A stretch of 64,000 nt of DNA from Octopus vulgaris. Lineage: Eukaryota. Shown in pieces: positions 25,552 through 37,744 of this stretch; position 1 is the stretch's first letter, and each line of letters starts with the position of its first letter. The position numbers and the translations under genes are program-made. Under the pieces are notes generated by a model. It was not told the origin of the DNA and made no database searches. It saw only the letters and a list, made by a program, of their open reading frames with translations. Location: contig OX597838.1 in assembly GCA_951406725.2 (NCBI GenBank), positions 14,818,001 through 14,882,000 of the forward strand, read 5' to 3'.

Positions 25552-26114
25552 GATAATGAGTGTGTTTGCATATGTATGTATGTATCTATATATAAACTGG
25601 GACAAGGACGCAAAACATTTACAAGACAGACGATACAAAAAACATGATGGGACATTCAAAGCCTTCAATCTTCAGTCAAGAACCAGATCATCCTCGCAAT
25701 TTCAGCTGATTAATCTGATTTATATATATATATAAATATAATGTGTGTGTGTATGTCTGTGTTTGTTCTCCCACCATTGCTTGACAACTAATGCAGCTAA
25801 TTTAGCAGCTCAGCAAAAGAGACTGATAGAATAAGTACTAGGCTTACAAAGAATAAGTCCTGGGGTCAATTTGTTCGACTAAAACACTTCAAGGCAGTGC
25901 TCCAGCATGGCCACAGTCAAATGACTGAAACAAGTAAAAGGACAAAAGAATAAAACCATGTACGAAATTGCTGACAGCGAGTTGAGAGTCAGCCACAGGT
26001 AGAAACTAGAAAGAAATGGAAGTAGCATGCTCTGCCAGAGGTGCAACATCACTGGGCATGTGTGTCAAAAGTGCAAATATGTTGAGAGAAAATTAGGTAC
26101 AGGAGGCATTAGAT

Positions 26115-26502
26115 GATGATGGAAGCACTCCGTCGGTTACGACGACGAGGGTTCCAGTTGATCCGAATCAACGGAACAGCCTGCTCGTGAAATTAATGTG
26201 TAAGTGGCTGAGCACTCCACAGACGCGTGTACCCTTAACGTAGTTCTCGGGGATATTCAGCGTGACACAGAGAGTGACAAGGCCAGCCCTTTGAAATACA
26301 GGTACAACAGAAACAGGAAGAAAGAGTGAGAGAAAGTTGTGGTGAAAAAGTACAGCAGGGATCACCACCATCCCCTACCGGAGCCTCGTGGAGCTTTTAG
26401 GTGTTTTCGCTCAATAAACACTCACAACGCCCGGTCTGGGAATCGAAACCGCAATTCTACGACCGCGAGTCTGCTGCCCTAACCACTGGACCACTGCACC
26501 TC
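26115..26502 (-). mobile_element. tRNA-derived SINE, family D, with (ATC)n tail
   Basis: Minus strand starts ggaggtgcagtggtccagtggttagggcagc...ggtttcgattccc; perfect 15-bp TSD caggaggcattagat at 26100-26114 and 26503-26517. Confidence 0.9.
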
Positions 26503-26625
26503 CAGGAGGCATTAGATATAGTGTGCAAGAGAGAAGACTGCACTTGCATGCTCATGTGCTACCCATGGATGCAGACAATTGCATAAAGAAGTGCCAGATG
26601 CTAAATGTAGATAGAACATGTGGAA

Positions 26626-26857
26626 AGGCGGCGAGCTGGCAGAAACGTTAGCATGCCAGGTGACAGTCAGAGCGGTATCTCGTCTGCCGCTACGTTCTGA
26701 GTTCAAATTCCGCCGAGGTCGGCTTTGCCTTTCATCCTTTCGGGGTCAATTAAATAAGTACCAGTTAGGTACTGGGGTCATTGTAATCAACTTAATCCGT
26801 TTGTCTGTCCTTGTTCGTCCCCTCTGTGTGTAGCCCCTTGTGGGCAGTAAAGAAATA
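26626..26857 (+). mobile_element. SINE family A (full length)
   Basis: 13-bp TSD agaaca(t/c)gtggaa at 26613-26625 and 26858-26870. Confidence 0.9.
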
Positions 26858-28816
26858 AGAACACGTGGAAGGAGACCCAGGAAGCTGTAGGAAGAAGTGG
26901 CAAGGAGCAACCACAGTTTTTAAGCCAGACAGAGGAGATGACAAAGGACCAAGGTGATTGGTGATTAACCGTGCTTGAGAAGACCCACTTGACCTGATCA
27001 AAGTGTGATCCTAAAAACATTTATACACACACACTGGGCCCTGATCCTGCACCCAGTCAGTCCTCTTCAAGCCTTCCCCACCTCTCCTTTCCCCTATATT
27101 CATCCCTCCATTATTCTTCCCACTACAGCTCTACTCAGCTGCTGTAATTATGAGAGCAGAATCTGCACATTTTTTCCCCCATTTTGTACTTCCAGTTACA
27201 TTCCAATCTGTAGAAACCATGCCAAATCAGACTAGAGTTTGGTACAGCCTTCCAGCTTGCCAGTCCTGGTCAAACCGTCCAACCCATGCCAGCTTGGATA
27301 ACTGGATGTTAGATGATGATGATGATGGTGGTGGTGGTGGGCATCCAGCTGTGGAGGACATTCCAAAGCTGATAGTTAAGCACAGCATACTCCTTGGCCC
27401 AACGAATCTTGTGAAACCATCTAATCCATGCCAGCATGGAAGATGGAGATTAAGTGATGATGATAATGAAGATCTGGTATGTGCATTATGGAGGAATGAT
27501 GAAGAAATTAGCTTCAGAACTACAAGGTCTTGGATGCAATCCCTGTTGGTTATTTGACCAAGCTCTCACCGCATGGCATTTTGGGCAAATGTCATTGGGT
27601 TCACCCATACCTTGTAAGCAAAATTAGCTAGGGAGCAACTGCACAGAGATGCCTGTCAAGAGGATCATACCCATAATTCAAAATGTACTGCCTTGTCTCT
27701 CACGCTCTGTATCATTGTGATTCTACCTGAGAATTACTTAAAGGGTACATGCGTCTGTGGAATACTCGGCTTGAATTAATTACATGTTAATTCAGGAGCA
27801 GGTAATTCAGTTGGGGCGGAAACAAGTTCTCTTCATCAAGCATTGGAAATCCACACACACACTCACACATACACACACTCTCTCTCACACACACACACAC
27901 TCCATGTAAGTATAATTGATGTGTTACGTCTGTGTAAGTGCTTATAGTTTTTAACTGGCATGTGGCTGAATTCACTCATCTCATTCATTTCGATCATCAT
28001 TTGGGTTGACTCCCCAAAGCCAATCTGAAAATATAAACATGTTTATCAAAGCCTGGATTAGTTTTCATTATCTACATACATATATATATATATAATGTAT
28101 GTATGTATGTAGACAAACTGCGTGTAATGACAAATGAGGTAAATCTCTATAACAATGGAAACAGAGGACTAAATTTATTGAATAATACAGTTACTGAGAC
28201 TCACTTACAGGATTTCAAGTTTCATTGTCAACAATACAATGATCACTGTACTTCTTTAGCTGGTATAGAAACTTGAAGTCTTATATGTAAGTCTCGCGAG
28301 AAAAAGAGGAAGAAAAACTGGTGGATGCTTTTGGTGGCGAGAGGGATGGCCCAGCTTGTTGGATGATGTGAGGAAATGGTAAATCAAGGAGGTGGCATTA
28401 AAATGTGAGGAAGAGAGGAGGATGAGTATTGCCTTGAAAAGAATTCCAGTTAAAATTATAGGATGAAAGAATAGTGGAAATGAGAAAGTGATAGAGAGGT
28501 AGTTGGAGACAATGCATGAAAATGGTTACTGTTATAATGGCAGGGAAAATAGAAGAAAGAGAGTGGTGACGCAAGTGCAAAATTGCAGGAGGTGACATGG
28601 GGGTTGGATACGTATAATGATTTCAAGTTCTGGCACAAGGCTAGTAATTTGAGGTGAGAGAATAAGTTAATTACATCAACCCTAGTGTTCAGCTGGTACT
28701 TATTTTATTGACCCACGAAAGGATGAAAAGTAACTTTGGAGGAATTTGGACTCAGAATGTAAAGACACATGAAATACTGCTAAGCATTTTACCTGGCATG
28801 GAGGTATATATATATA

Positions 28817-28864
<48 letters not shown>

Positions 28865-28873
<9 letters not shown>

Positions 28874-29157
28874 CTTATAAAATAAGGGCAAAAGAAAAAT
28901 TCTAATGCCAAAAAAGACAAAATTATCAATAACCATTATAATTTATGCGTCTTAAAACATGCCGATAGAAATTTCGAGACGCATAAATTATAATGGTTAT
29001 TGACAATTTTGTCTTTTTCGGCATATTTGGCATCAGAAATTTTCTTTTGCCCTTATTTTATAAGTTATTTATAAATTTAACCTTTAAAGGTATTTTTTGA
29101 TATGCTGGCCATTGCTAAAAATTTTTTTTCGAAAAAAATTTTATCCTACATTAGTTA
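28865..29157. mobile_element. (TA)n-embedded element with inverted partial duplicate (Penelope-like relic)
   Basis: Arms 28865-28952 and 28977-29073 are reverse complements. The same family occurs unpaired at 30658-30790 and 54788-55020, always next to (TA)n. Confidence 0.6.
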
Positions 29158-29769
29158 TATATATAAATATATATATATAAACACAATTGCATGAATGTGC
29201 ACACACATATATAGACATTTCTGTACATTTCCTCTCACTTCTTACATCAAAATAAATTTGACCAATTCAAGTATTCTGGACTAAACATTAAAATGAAAAA
29301 TTCTGACCCAGGAAATGAAGGATTCATTTTCACTTTGAGATATTAAGCAGTTAACATGATTATGAAGATTGGATGGGGTTGAATAGGGGGATAAGGGTCA
29401 ACTGAATCAACTAACCCTTCGCCATTATGCCTACATTAAAAACCATTGTGTGTATATCTGACAGGTGGCACATGTTGCACCTGTACAGGTAATGTTGATT
29501 TGATGGGGGGAGTGAGCTTACATGTACACAAACATTCGATCACTATAAACAAATCATCTGGGTGTGGTTGTTTGGTAACAAATTACCAAACCCTTATTTG
29601 TCATCTGATGATGGGAGAGTCCATCATACATAGAATATAAAGAAAGCCAGGAAGTATGGGATAAATATATATATGTATTTCATCAGTTGGTATCCATAAG
29701 ATTACAATTGTTCAATAACCAACATCATGGAAAAGTAATTTTAGCGTTTAATAAATTATTTTACACATA

Positions 29770-30170
29770 GGCACAGGAGTGGCTGTGTGTTAAGTAGCTT
29801 GTTTACCAACCACATGGTTCCGGGTTCAGTCCCACTGCATGGCACCTTGGGCAAGTGTCTTCTACTATAGCCTCGGGCCAACCAAAGCCTTGTGAGTGGA
29901 TTTGGTAGATGGAAGCTGAAAGAAGCCCATCGTATATATGTATATATATGTATGTTTGTGTGTCTGTGTTTGTCCCCCTAGCATCACTTGACAACCGATG
30001 CTGGTGTGTTTACGTCCCCGTCACTTAGCGGTTCGGCAAAAGAGACCAATAGAATAAGTACTGGGCTTACAAAGAATAAGTCCCGGGGTCGATTTACTCG
30101 ACTAAAGGCAGTGCTCTAGCATGGCCGCAGTCAAATGACTGAAACAAGTAAAAGAGTAAAGAGTAAGAGT
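29770..30170 (+). mobile_element. CORE-type tRNA SINE, family B (full length)
   Basis: Head ggcacaggagtggctgtgtg...gggttcagtccc, CORE-like accttgggcaagtg, internal (TA/TG)n and tail aagtaaaagag. Near-identical copy at 58850. Confidence 0.88.
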
Positions 30171-30276
30171 ATCTGGACTAGAGTACGTTATAAATTACAT
30201 AGTACTGTTGTATTATAGAAGCTAGTACAGGTATAGAAGTTTTGCTCTTCAGGTACACAGTCTATCATGGTTATAT

Positions 30277-30318
<42 letters not shown>

Positions 30319-30321
<3 letters not shown>

Positions 30322-30439
30322 AAATAAGAAAATGGAGGAATAGATTTCTTTCAATCATCAACTTCTAGATAATACCAATTTATTATTTTCTGGAAGTTGA
30401 TGATTGAAAGAAATCTATTCCTCCATTTTCTTATTTTGT
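30319..30439. repeat. Near-perfect inverted repeat, 51-bp arms and 19-nt loop
   Basis: 30319-30369 versus 30389-30439, one mismatch. Confidence 0.93.
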
Positions 30440-30613
30440 ATCATGAATTTGAGGTAAAACATTTTACCTTCGCCCATATAATACAATAAATGAATTAATT
30501 GCTTTGCAATTCTAAGCATTTATGTATTAGCCTTCTGGGTACTTTACTGGCAGTATATTGGATAAATGATATCCCATAGTGGGTTACACTCATAACCCCT
30601 ATCTCACTTTGTA

Positions 30614-30658
<45 letters not shown>

Positions 30659-30802
30659 TATAAATAAGGGCAAACAAAAAAATTTCTAATGCCAAATATG
30701 CCGAAAATTGGACATATTGTCTATTACCATATAATTTTTCACAATATGCACGCTACTCAAAAAAAAGCCAACAGAAATTTCTAAAAAATTCCATTTTTAC
30801 CA

Positions 30803-30855
30803 TATCGGACCAGTTTCAGGGTTAGTTCATAAGAACCCTCCCTTCGTCAGTGATA
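30803..30855 (-). ncRNA. Degenerate minimal type-I hammerhead ribozyme-like motif
   Basis: Minus strand: tatca CTGACGA aggg..gttcttatgaac..ccct GAAAC tg GTC cgata. Confidence 0.55.
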
Positions 30856-30903
30856 AATGTGGCAAAGAAATAAATGAGATACTTACTCATACCCATGGAA
30901 GAA

Positions 30904-30930
<27 letters not shown>

Positions 30931-30937
<7 letters not shown>

Positions 30938-30984
30938 GCCCAAAAGTCATGCACAAAAACAGTTGACATCTTATTTATATTATG

Positions 30985-31018
<34 letters not shown>

Positions 31019-31170
31019 CATTATTATTCATTTTCTTCATCATGTACAAGTATGTATGTTTTCATCATTATTTTATTAATTTTATTCAATTTTGGAAAAA
31101 TTGAAGCATGTCTTTCTTCGACAATTCTAGATCATATTGAACTTTTGTGCATGACTTTTGGCCCACTCTG
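30931..31170. mobile_element. Tc1/mariner-type MITE
   Basis: About 29-bp TIRs agtggcccaaaagtcatgcacaaaa / ttttgtgcatgacttttggcccactctg, flanked by TA. Confidence 0.8.
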
Positions 31171-31180
31171 TATGTGTATG

Positions 31181-31251
<71 letters not shown>

Positions 31252-31527
31252 ATTTCAGCAAGAAAGAACTAGAGAATAAGTACTGTGGTCAATTTGTTCA
31301 ACTAAACTCTTCAAAGTGTTGCTCCATTCTGGCCACAGGTCAATGACTGGAATGGTAAAATGAATGATGTATGCTTTTAGCATGAATAGTAACATAACTT
31401 CTGTTTGGTAGGTTTTTTTCAATATAGAGCGAAAAGATTTTAACACACCACTGTGTGTGTGTATACATACACACACATTTCTGTGTTTACATGTGTGTGT
31501 GTGTACACACACATGCACACACACGTA

Positions 31528-31885
31528 CACATTTATTTAGTTATATCCATGTTTATGTTCATATATATATGTGTGTGTATGTATGTATATATATACGTGT
31601 GTGTATGTATGTATATATATATATATATATACATGTGTGTGTATGTATGTATATATATATATACACACACACACACATACACATTTAGTTACTTATATCC
31701 ATGTTTATGTTCATATATATATGTGTGTGTATGTATGTATATATATACGTGTGTGTATGTATGTATATATATATATATATATATACATGTGTGTGTATGT
31801 ATGTATATATATATACACACACACACACATACACATTTAGTTACTTATATCCATGTTTATGTGCATATATATATATATATGTATA
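31528..31885. repeat. About 150-bp tandem duplication of a compound microsatellite
   Basis: tatatccatgtttatgt recurs at about 31542, 31694 and 31846. Confidence 0.8.
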
Positions 31886-33464
31886 TTTATGTGTGTGTGT
31901 TTGTAGCTAGATAGATAAAAAGATAGATACATAAATATATACATGTATTTACATATCCTCATATGTATATATGTGCGTGTGTATGTTTATGCATGTGTAT
32001 ATATTTGTGTGCATCCATGTGTATGTATGTATAACTTTTTATGAAATATTTCTCTCATAGTTATGCCAATATGTTACTGAAATTTGTTTCTATTTTTACC
32101 TTTTTCCAAGCTGGCATTGTGGGCAGGTTTGTGGTTTTTTTTACTATTTGTTACTTATTTTTCCATAACTTTTCCTATTCTCAACTATTTTTACTTTGTG
32201 TGGACTAGATAGAGAGCAACAGGGATAACGAGGGAGATGAGGCAGATTCAGTTAGTGTTGAGTGATAAACTTGTGACGGGTGGACAGGTAGGTAGATAAT
32301 CTAGACTTATGGTGAAGTTAGGTACAAAGTTCATCATGACGGTCTTCTCGTTCATCAAGATGCTCTTTTATTCACTCTCTCTCTGTCACTGGATGTATTT
32401 TGAATGAGTGGATTCAATGCAGAGCTGGAAGGACTTTTTAGTGTTGCCAATGATAGGGAAACCTCCTTGGTGGGGAGATCGAATGCACCTAAAACACACT
32501 CTATAAGGTTGTTGGTGTTAGGAACGGCATCCTGCTGTAGGAACTAATGCCAAATAAAATTTACAGGTGAAATGGTGCTCTTTTGACTTGTTTGAAGATG
32601 CTGATGGCAGATAGATGGATAGGTGAGCAGATGGATAAACGGATAAAGTTATTTCTTTTATCTATTATTTGTTTCAGTCATTAGACTGTGGACATGCTGG
32701 AGCTTCACTTGTGGGTTTATTTGAATAAACTGCCCTTACCACACCCCACTCGCATGGCACTTATTTCCTAAGTCCTACACTTATTCTATCAGGCTCTTTT
32801 GCCAAACTGCTACGTTACAGGAATGCAAACAAACCAACAATGGTTGTCAAGTAATGGGGTGAGGCAAATACAAAGATACACACACACACACACGCTTTTA
32901 TACAATGGGGTTCTATAAAGTTTATATCATTCACTTGCATGATATTTGTCATCCTGGGGCTTTAGTAGAAGACACTTAGACACTTGCCCAAGGTGCTGTA
33001 CAGTGGGACTGAACCTGAAACCATGTGATTGCAAAGCAAAATTCTCAACCATACAGCTATGCCTACATCTGTTAATATATTTAACGCATGGAACATTAAA
33101 CATTTTGCAGGGGCAAACCAGTGTCTGTTAATAAAGCATATTATTTATAGTTTTCTGGAATGGAAGGGAAATAACTCAGGACATGTTTCAATGATATTCT
33201 GACTTTGTCAGCAATATTCTTTTATTCTTTTACATGTTTCAGTCATTTGACTACAGCCTTGCTGGAGCACAGCCTTGCTGGAGCACAGCCTTGAAGGGTT
33301 TTAGTCAAAGTAATTGACCCCCAGGACTTATTGTTTGTAAGCGTAGTACTTATTCTACTGGTCCCGCAGCATGGCCCTTTGGTCAAGTGCCTTCTTTCTA
33401 CTACAGCCTTGGCCAACCAATGCTTTGTGAGTGGATTTGGTAGATGGAAACTAAAAGAAGCCTG

Positions 33465-33512
<48 letters not shown>

Positions 33513-33759
33513 CCCTCTATGCCTTCGTGAATTGTTTTTGAGTATACATTGTCTGGGAGACTCTTCTTATAGTAGGGGTAATAGCTAAATTCTTTGGCTG
33601 CTATTTCTAAAAGTTCGGTGTGTGGTAATGTAAATTTTTTTGCTGAACCCTTATTATATAAAGAAATGTTTAAATTTACCGTGAATGGTCCTTTTACATA
33701 CTGAACACTGCTTGGTAAAATTATTAATTACTAATTAATTGATTTTACCCTTATTATTG

Positions 33760-33802
<43 letters not shown>

Positions 33803-33804
33803 AA

Positions 33805-34135
33805 GGTGCATGGATCAGTGGTTAGAGTGTCGAGCTTATGATCATAAGGTTTTGAGTTCGATTCCCGGACCGGGCTGCGTGTTGTGTTCTTGAGCAAGAC
33901 ACTTTATTTCACGTTGCTCCAGTTCACTCAGCTGTAGAAATGAATTGCGATGCCACAGGTGCCAAGCTGTATCGGCCCCTTTGCCTTTCCCTTGGATAAC
34001 ACTGGCAGCGTGGAGAGGGGAGGCTGGAATGCATGGGCGACTGCTGGTCTTCCATAAATAACCTTGCCCGGACTTGTTCCTGGGAGGGTGACTTCCTAAG
34101 TGCAATCCCATGGTCATTCATGACCGAAGGGGTCT
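33805..34135 (+). mobile_element. tRNA-derived SINE, family C
   Basis: ggtgcatggatcagtggttagagtgtcg...gagttcgattccc, then cttgagcaagacact. An inverted copy lies at 44372-44680. Confidence 0.85.
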
Positions 34136-34628
34136 CCGCAAATATATATATATCATCATCATCATCGTTTAACATCCGCTTTCCATGCTAGCATGGGTTG
34201 GACGGTTCAACTGGGATCTGGAAAGCCAGGAGGCTGCACAAGGCCCAGTCTGATCTGGCAATGTTTCTACAGCTGGATGCCCTTCCTAATGCCAGCCACT
34301 CCGTGAGTGTAGTGGGTGCTTTTTATGTGCCACCTGCACAGGTGCCAGGCGAGGCTGGCAACGGCCACGATCAGATGGTGCTTTTTACGTGCCATATATA
34401 ATGTGTGTCTGTTTTTGTCCTCCTTCACTGCTTAACAACTGGTGTTGGTGTGTTTACATCCTTGTAACTTAGCAGTTTGACAAAAGAGAGTGATAGGACA
34501 AATACCAGGCTTGAAAAATTTTTCTTTAAATGTACTGGGGTTGATCCCCATGACTAAAATTTTAAGGCAGTGCCCCAGCATGGCCTCAGTCTGATGACTG
34601 AAATAAGTAAAAAACTAAAAGAATGCAC

Positions 34629-34706
<78 letters not shown>

Positions 34707-35077
34707 AGTACCACTGGTACTGTAAGTACATGCATCTGCCTTACTTGACTGCTAAAGAATTTCATTCCAGACTTCTCTCTTGTACATCTCCTCACCACCA
34801 CCACCACGACCACCACACCTGATTATTTAGGGGAAGTGGGTAGATTTGAATAGTAAATCTTTAGAGTGTGTGTAGAATTATGTGTTGCGTTGTGTTGACT
34901 TTTATGTGAGGGACGTCCCCGCAAAAGCTGGGTGTATGACATTTAAAGCAGATGGCTTGCTTGGCATTCACAACAGTCAGGTATTTAGCATTGCAACAGC
35001 TGAGCACACTTAACACTGACAATATTATATTTCTTATTTCAATTATGTGAGAATTGTCAGTTAGGATTACACACAAA

Positions 35078-35111
<34 letters not shown>

Positions 35112-35284
35112 GTAAAATAAAAGAATACAGTGGCCGTGTGGTAAGAAGCTTGCTTCGCAACCACACGTTTCCAGGATCAGTCCCATTGCATGGCACCTTG
35201 GGCAAGTGTCTTCTATAGCCTTGAGCCAACCAAAGACTTATGAGAGGATTTAGTAGACAGAAACTGTAAAATGCCTTTCATGTA

Positions 35285-35334
<50 letters not shown>

Positions 35335-35422
35335 TAATCCAAACAAGAAAGCACAAAAAAACACAACAATGCGAGGACGTGGAACAAATATAGTATTATT
35401 GGACATTCAGGAAAGAAGGAGG

Positions 35423-35457
35423 GTTTAACGTTTCGAGCGGAGCTCTTCATCGGAAAC
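35423..35457 (-). ncRNA. Minimal type-I hammerhead ribozyme-like motif
   Basis: Minus strand: gttt CCGATGA a gagc tcc gctc GAAAC GTT aaac. Stem I gttt/aaac, stem II gagc/gctc, palindromic ACGT stem III; U4 is changed to C. Confidence 0.6.
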
Positions 35458-36272
35458 ATAGGAGAAGGAAAGATCCAGAGAAGGGAAGACAGAGGAAAAA
35501 AAATCGCCGATGGTACACACGCGGTCATATATATATATGTGTGTGTGTTTTTGTTTTGGTGTTTGTCTCCCGCTACCACTTGACAACCAGTGTTAGTGTG
35601 TTTATGTCCCCTTAACTTAGTTTGCCAAAAGTGTCCGATAGAATAAGTGCTAGGTTTAAAAAAGATATGTAAGGGGGTTGATTCAAATGGTTAAAAATTT
35701 TTCATGGTGGTGCCCCAGCATGGCCACAGTCTAATGATGGAAACAAGTAAAAAGATAAAAGATATTACTGATTATTTTATTTCTTTATTAAATACAAAAT
35801 CTAATTGGGTACCACAAAATATTTGAGATGGGGTACTTGGGGTGCTTCAGCAAAAATGGCTCAAAGTTGTTTAACCTCCGAACCCACCTCAATTGAACCA
35901 AATCTGTGAATGAAGACTTTCCATCCATGAGCCATTCCACTATTTTAATGTTTAGGGTTTATCTGCTGCCCACTTCTTGTTTATGAAACACTGCCGATAG
36001 GTTGGGGAAGATGGGGGACAAGTAGGGGACAGTTTGGGGGAAATTATTGTCAGTTGCTGTTTCTCTTTCTAGTAGGTACAGTGACTAGATAGTGGGGCTT
36101 GTGAAATGCTATATTCTCTCTGCTCACAGATGTACCATCAGATGGAGAGTATCATCTGCAGGCAGAGGATCGTACTGTTTCATTAGTTCTAATTAGACCC
36201 ATTAGTTCTAATTAATACATCAATCATCAGTCTGTATTGGTACATGTGTATGTATATGTGACAATGAACATG

Positions 36273-36282
<10 letters not shown>

Positions 36283-36356
<74 letters not shown>

Positions 36357-36860
36357 GTGCATATATATATGTATGTATATATATGGTGCATATATATATG
36401 TTTATATGTATATATATATATGTGTATTTATATGTATATATATATATGTGTATATATATATATAAACATACATATATATATGTGCATATATATATGTATG
36501 TATATATAAGGTGCATATATATATGTTTATATGTATATATATATATGTGTATATATATATATATATAAACATACATATATATATGCATATATATATACAT
36601 ATATATATATATGTGCATATATATATATGTATGTATATATATATATATATGTATATATATGTGCATATATATATGCATGTATGTATATATATATATATGT
36701 ATATATATGTGCATATATATATGCATGTGTATATATATATATATATATGTGCATATATGTATGTATATATATGTGAATATATATATGCATGTATATATAT
36801 ATATATATATATATGTGTGTATGTATATATATATATATTTGTATATGTTTGTATGTATGT
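36283..36860. repeat. Compound (TA)n/(TG)n microsatellite
   Basis: Direct inspection. Confidence 0.95.
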
Positions 36861-37281
36861 TGTCTGGAGTTTGTGTGCAAAATGTCTGTGTCTCGTTTGT
36901 TATTATCGGTGTGTAACGGTTTTATTAAGTCCCGTCATGTAAAAATGTGTTTGTTTCTTTGTCAAATATGAATCTTTTTTTTGTGATTTCCAGTGTTTTC
37001 AAATTTTGTCCTTTTTGTTGAATTTTTTCAGCCACCGATGTTGTTGTTGTTGATGTTGTTGTTCTGAATAGTTTTGTTTATTTCTTTTTTTTTTTTTTTT
37101 TTTTTCCTTGATTTCTTATTTATTTGGTTGGTTTAATACACCCCTTGTGAATCTTGCCGATATTGTTATTGTATGCTTCAGGTTAACATTAAATGTATTT
37201 GGTTGCTGTTCTGATTGTTGATGTTGGTTGATTAACTTCGATGTTTATTTATAATCTGGTGTATTTTTGTGTTGCTTGCAG

Positions 37282-37744
37282 GGAGTACCGCCATCCTACT
37301 ACCACAGTACAGGGCAGCCCTGTCCACCATTTCATCGTTCCAGCTCACCAGCAGCCTCAAATGACCATTTCTGGAATGGGTCAGTTCGCTAGCCTGGCGC
37401 CTCCGCCTGCACACCAAAGTCCTCGCCACGTGCAGTACACCAGCCACCCTCTACCGGCACACATGCACCCCATGCTCCATTCGGCCACCCTACAGCCAGC
37501 ACCTGTACAACCAGCAGCACCGCAGCCGGCAGCAGCAGCGACGATACACACGCAGATCCACCCGCAGTACACCAGCCATGGCAACTTCATCAACTCGGCG
37601 ACCGCGGCGGCGGCAGCAGCAGCAGCGGCGGCAGCGGCAGCCGCTGCAGCTGCCGGAGGCGGAATCTACACCACCTACCCGTTAAGTCCAGCCAAGAGCA
37701 GCCGTCAGTACCAGTACCTGTATCCCGCATTTGCTGGTGACTGA
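37282..37744 (+). CDS. HIPK2: HIPK terminal coding exon (Tyr/His-rich C-terminus)
   Basis: Acceptor gttgcttgcAG ends at 37281; phase 2 matches the 5572 donor. Encodes ...LAPPPAHQSPRHVQY...A17...YTTYPLSPAKSSRQYQYLYPAFAGD*, similar to the HIPK2 end YPLSPAK. Stop TGA at 37742-37744. Confidence 0.92.

Larger units (their letters stand above)
25955..27010 (+). mobile_element. Decayed RTE-clade LINE 3' end interrupted by two SINEs
   Basis: Pieces gagagaaaattagg...attagat / gtgtgcaagagagaagactgcac / ggagacccaggaag are homologous to the 15531-15860 relic once the SINEs are removed. Confidence 0.75.

Noticed and set aside
33805-33880. Functional tRNA genes at SINE heads
   Set aside because: Acceptor stems are not formed and each head continues into a SINE body.
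36237-36971. YI/CV-rich ORFs here and at 10.8, 25, 31.5, 44.6 and 62.6-63.5 kb
   Set aside because: Translations of (TA)n and (TG)n microsatellites.
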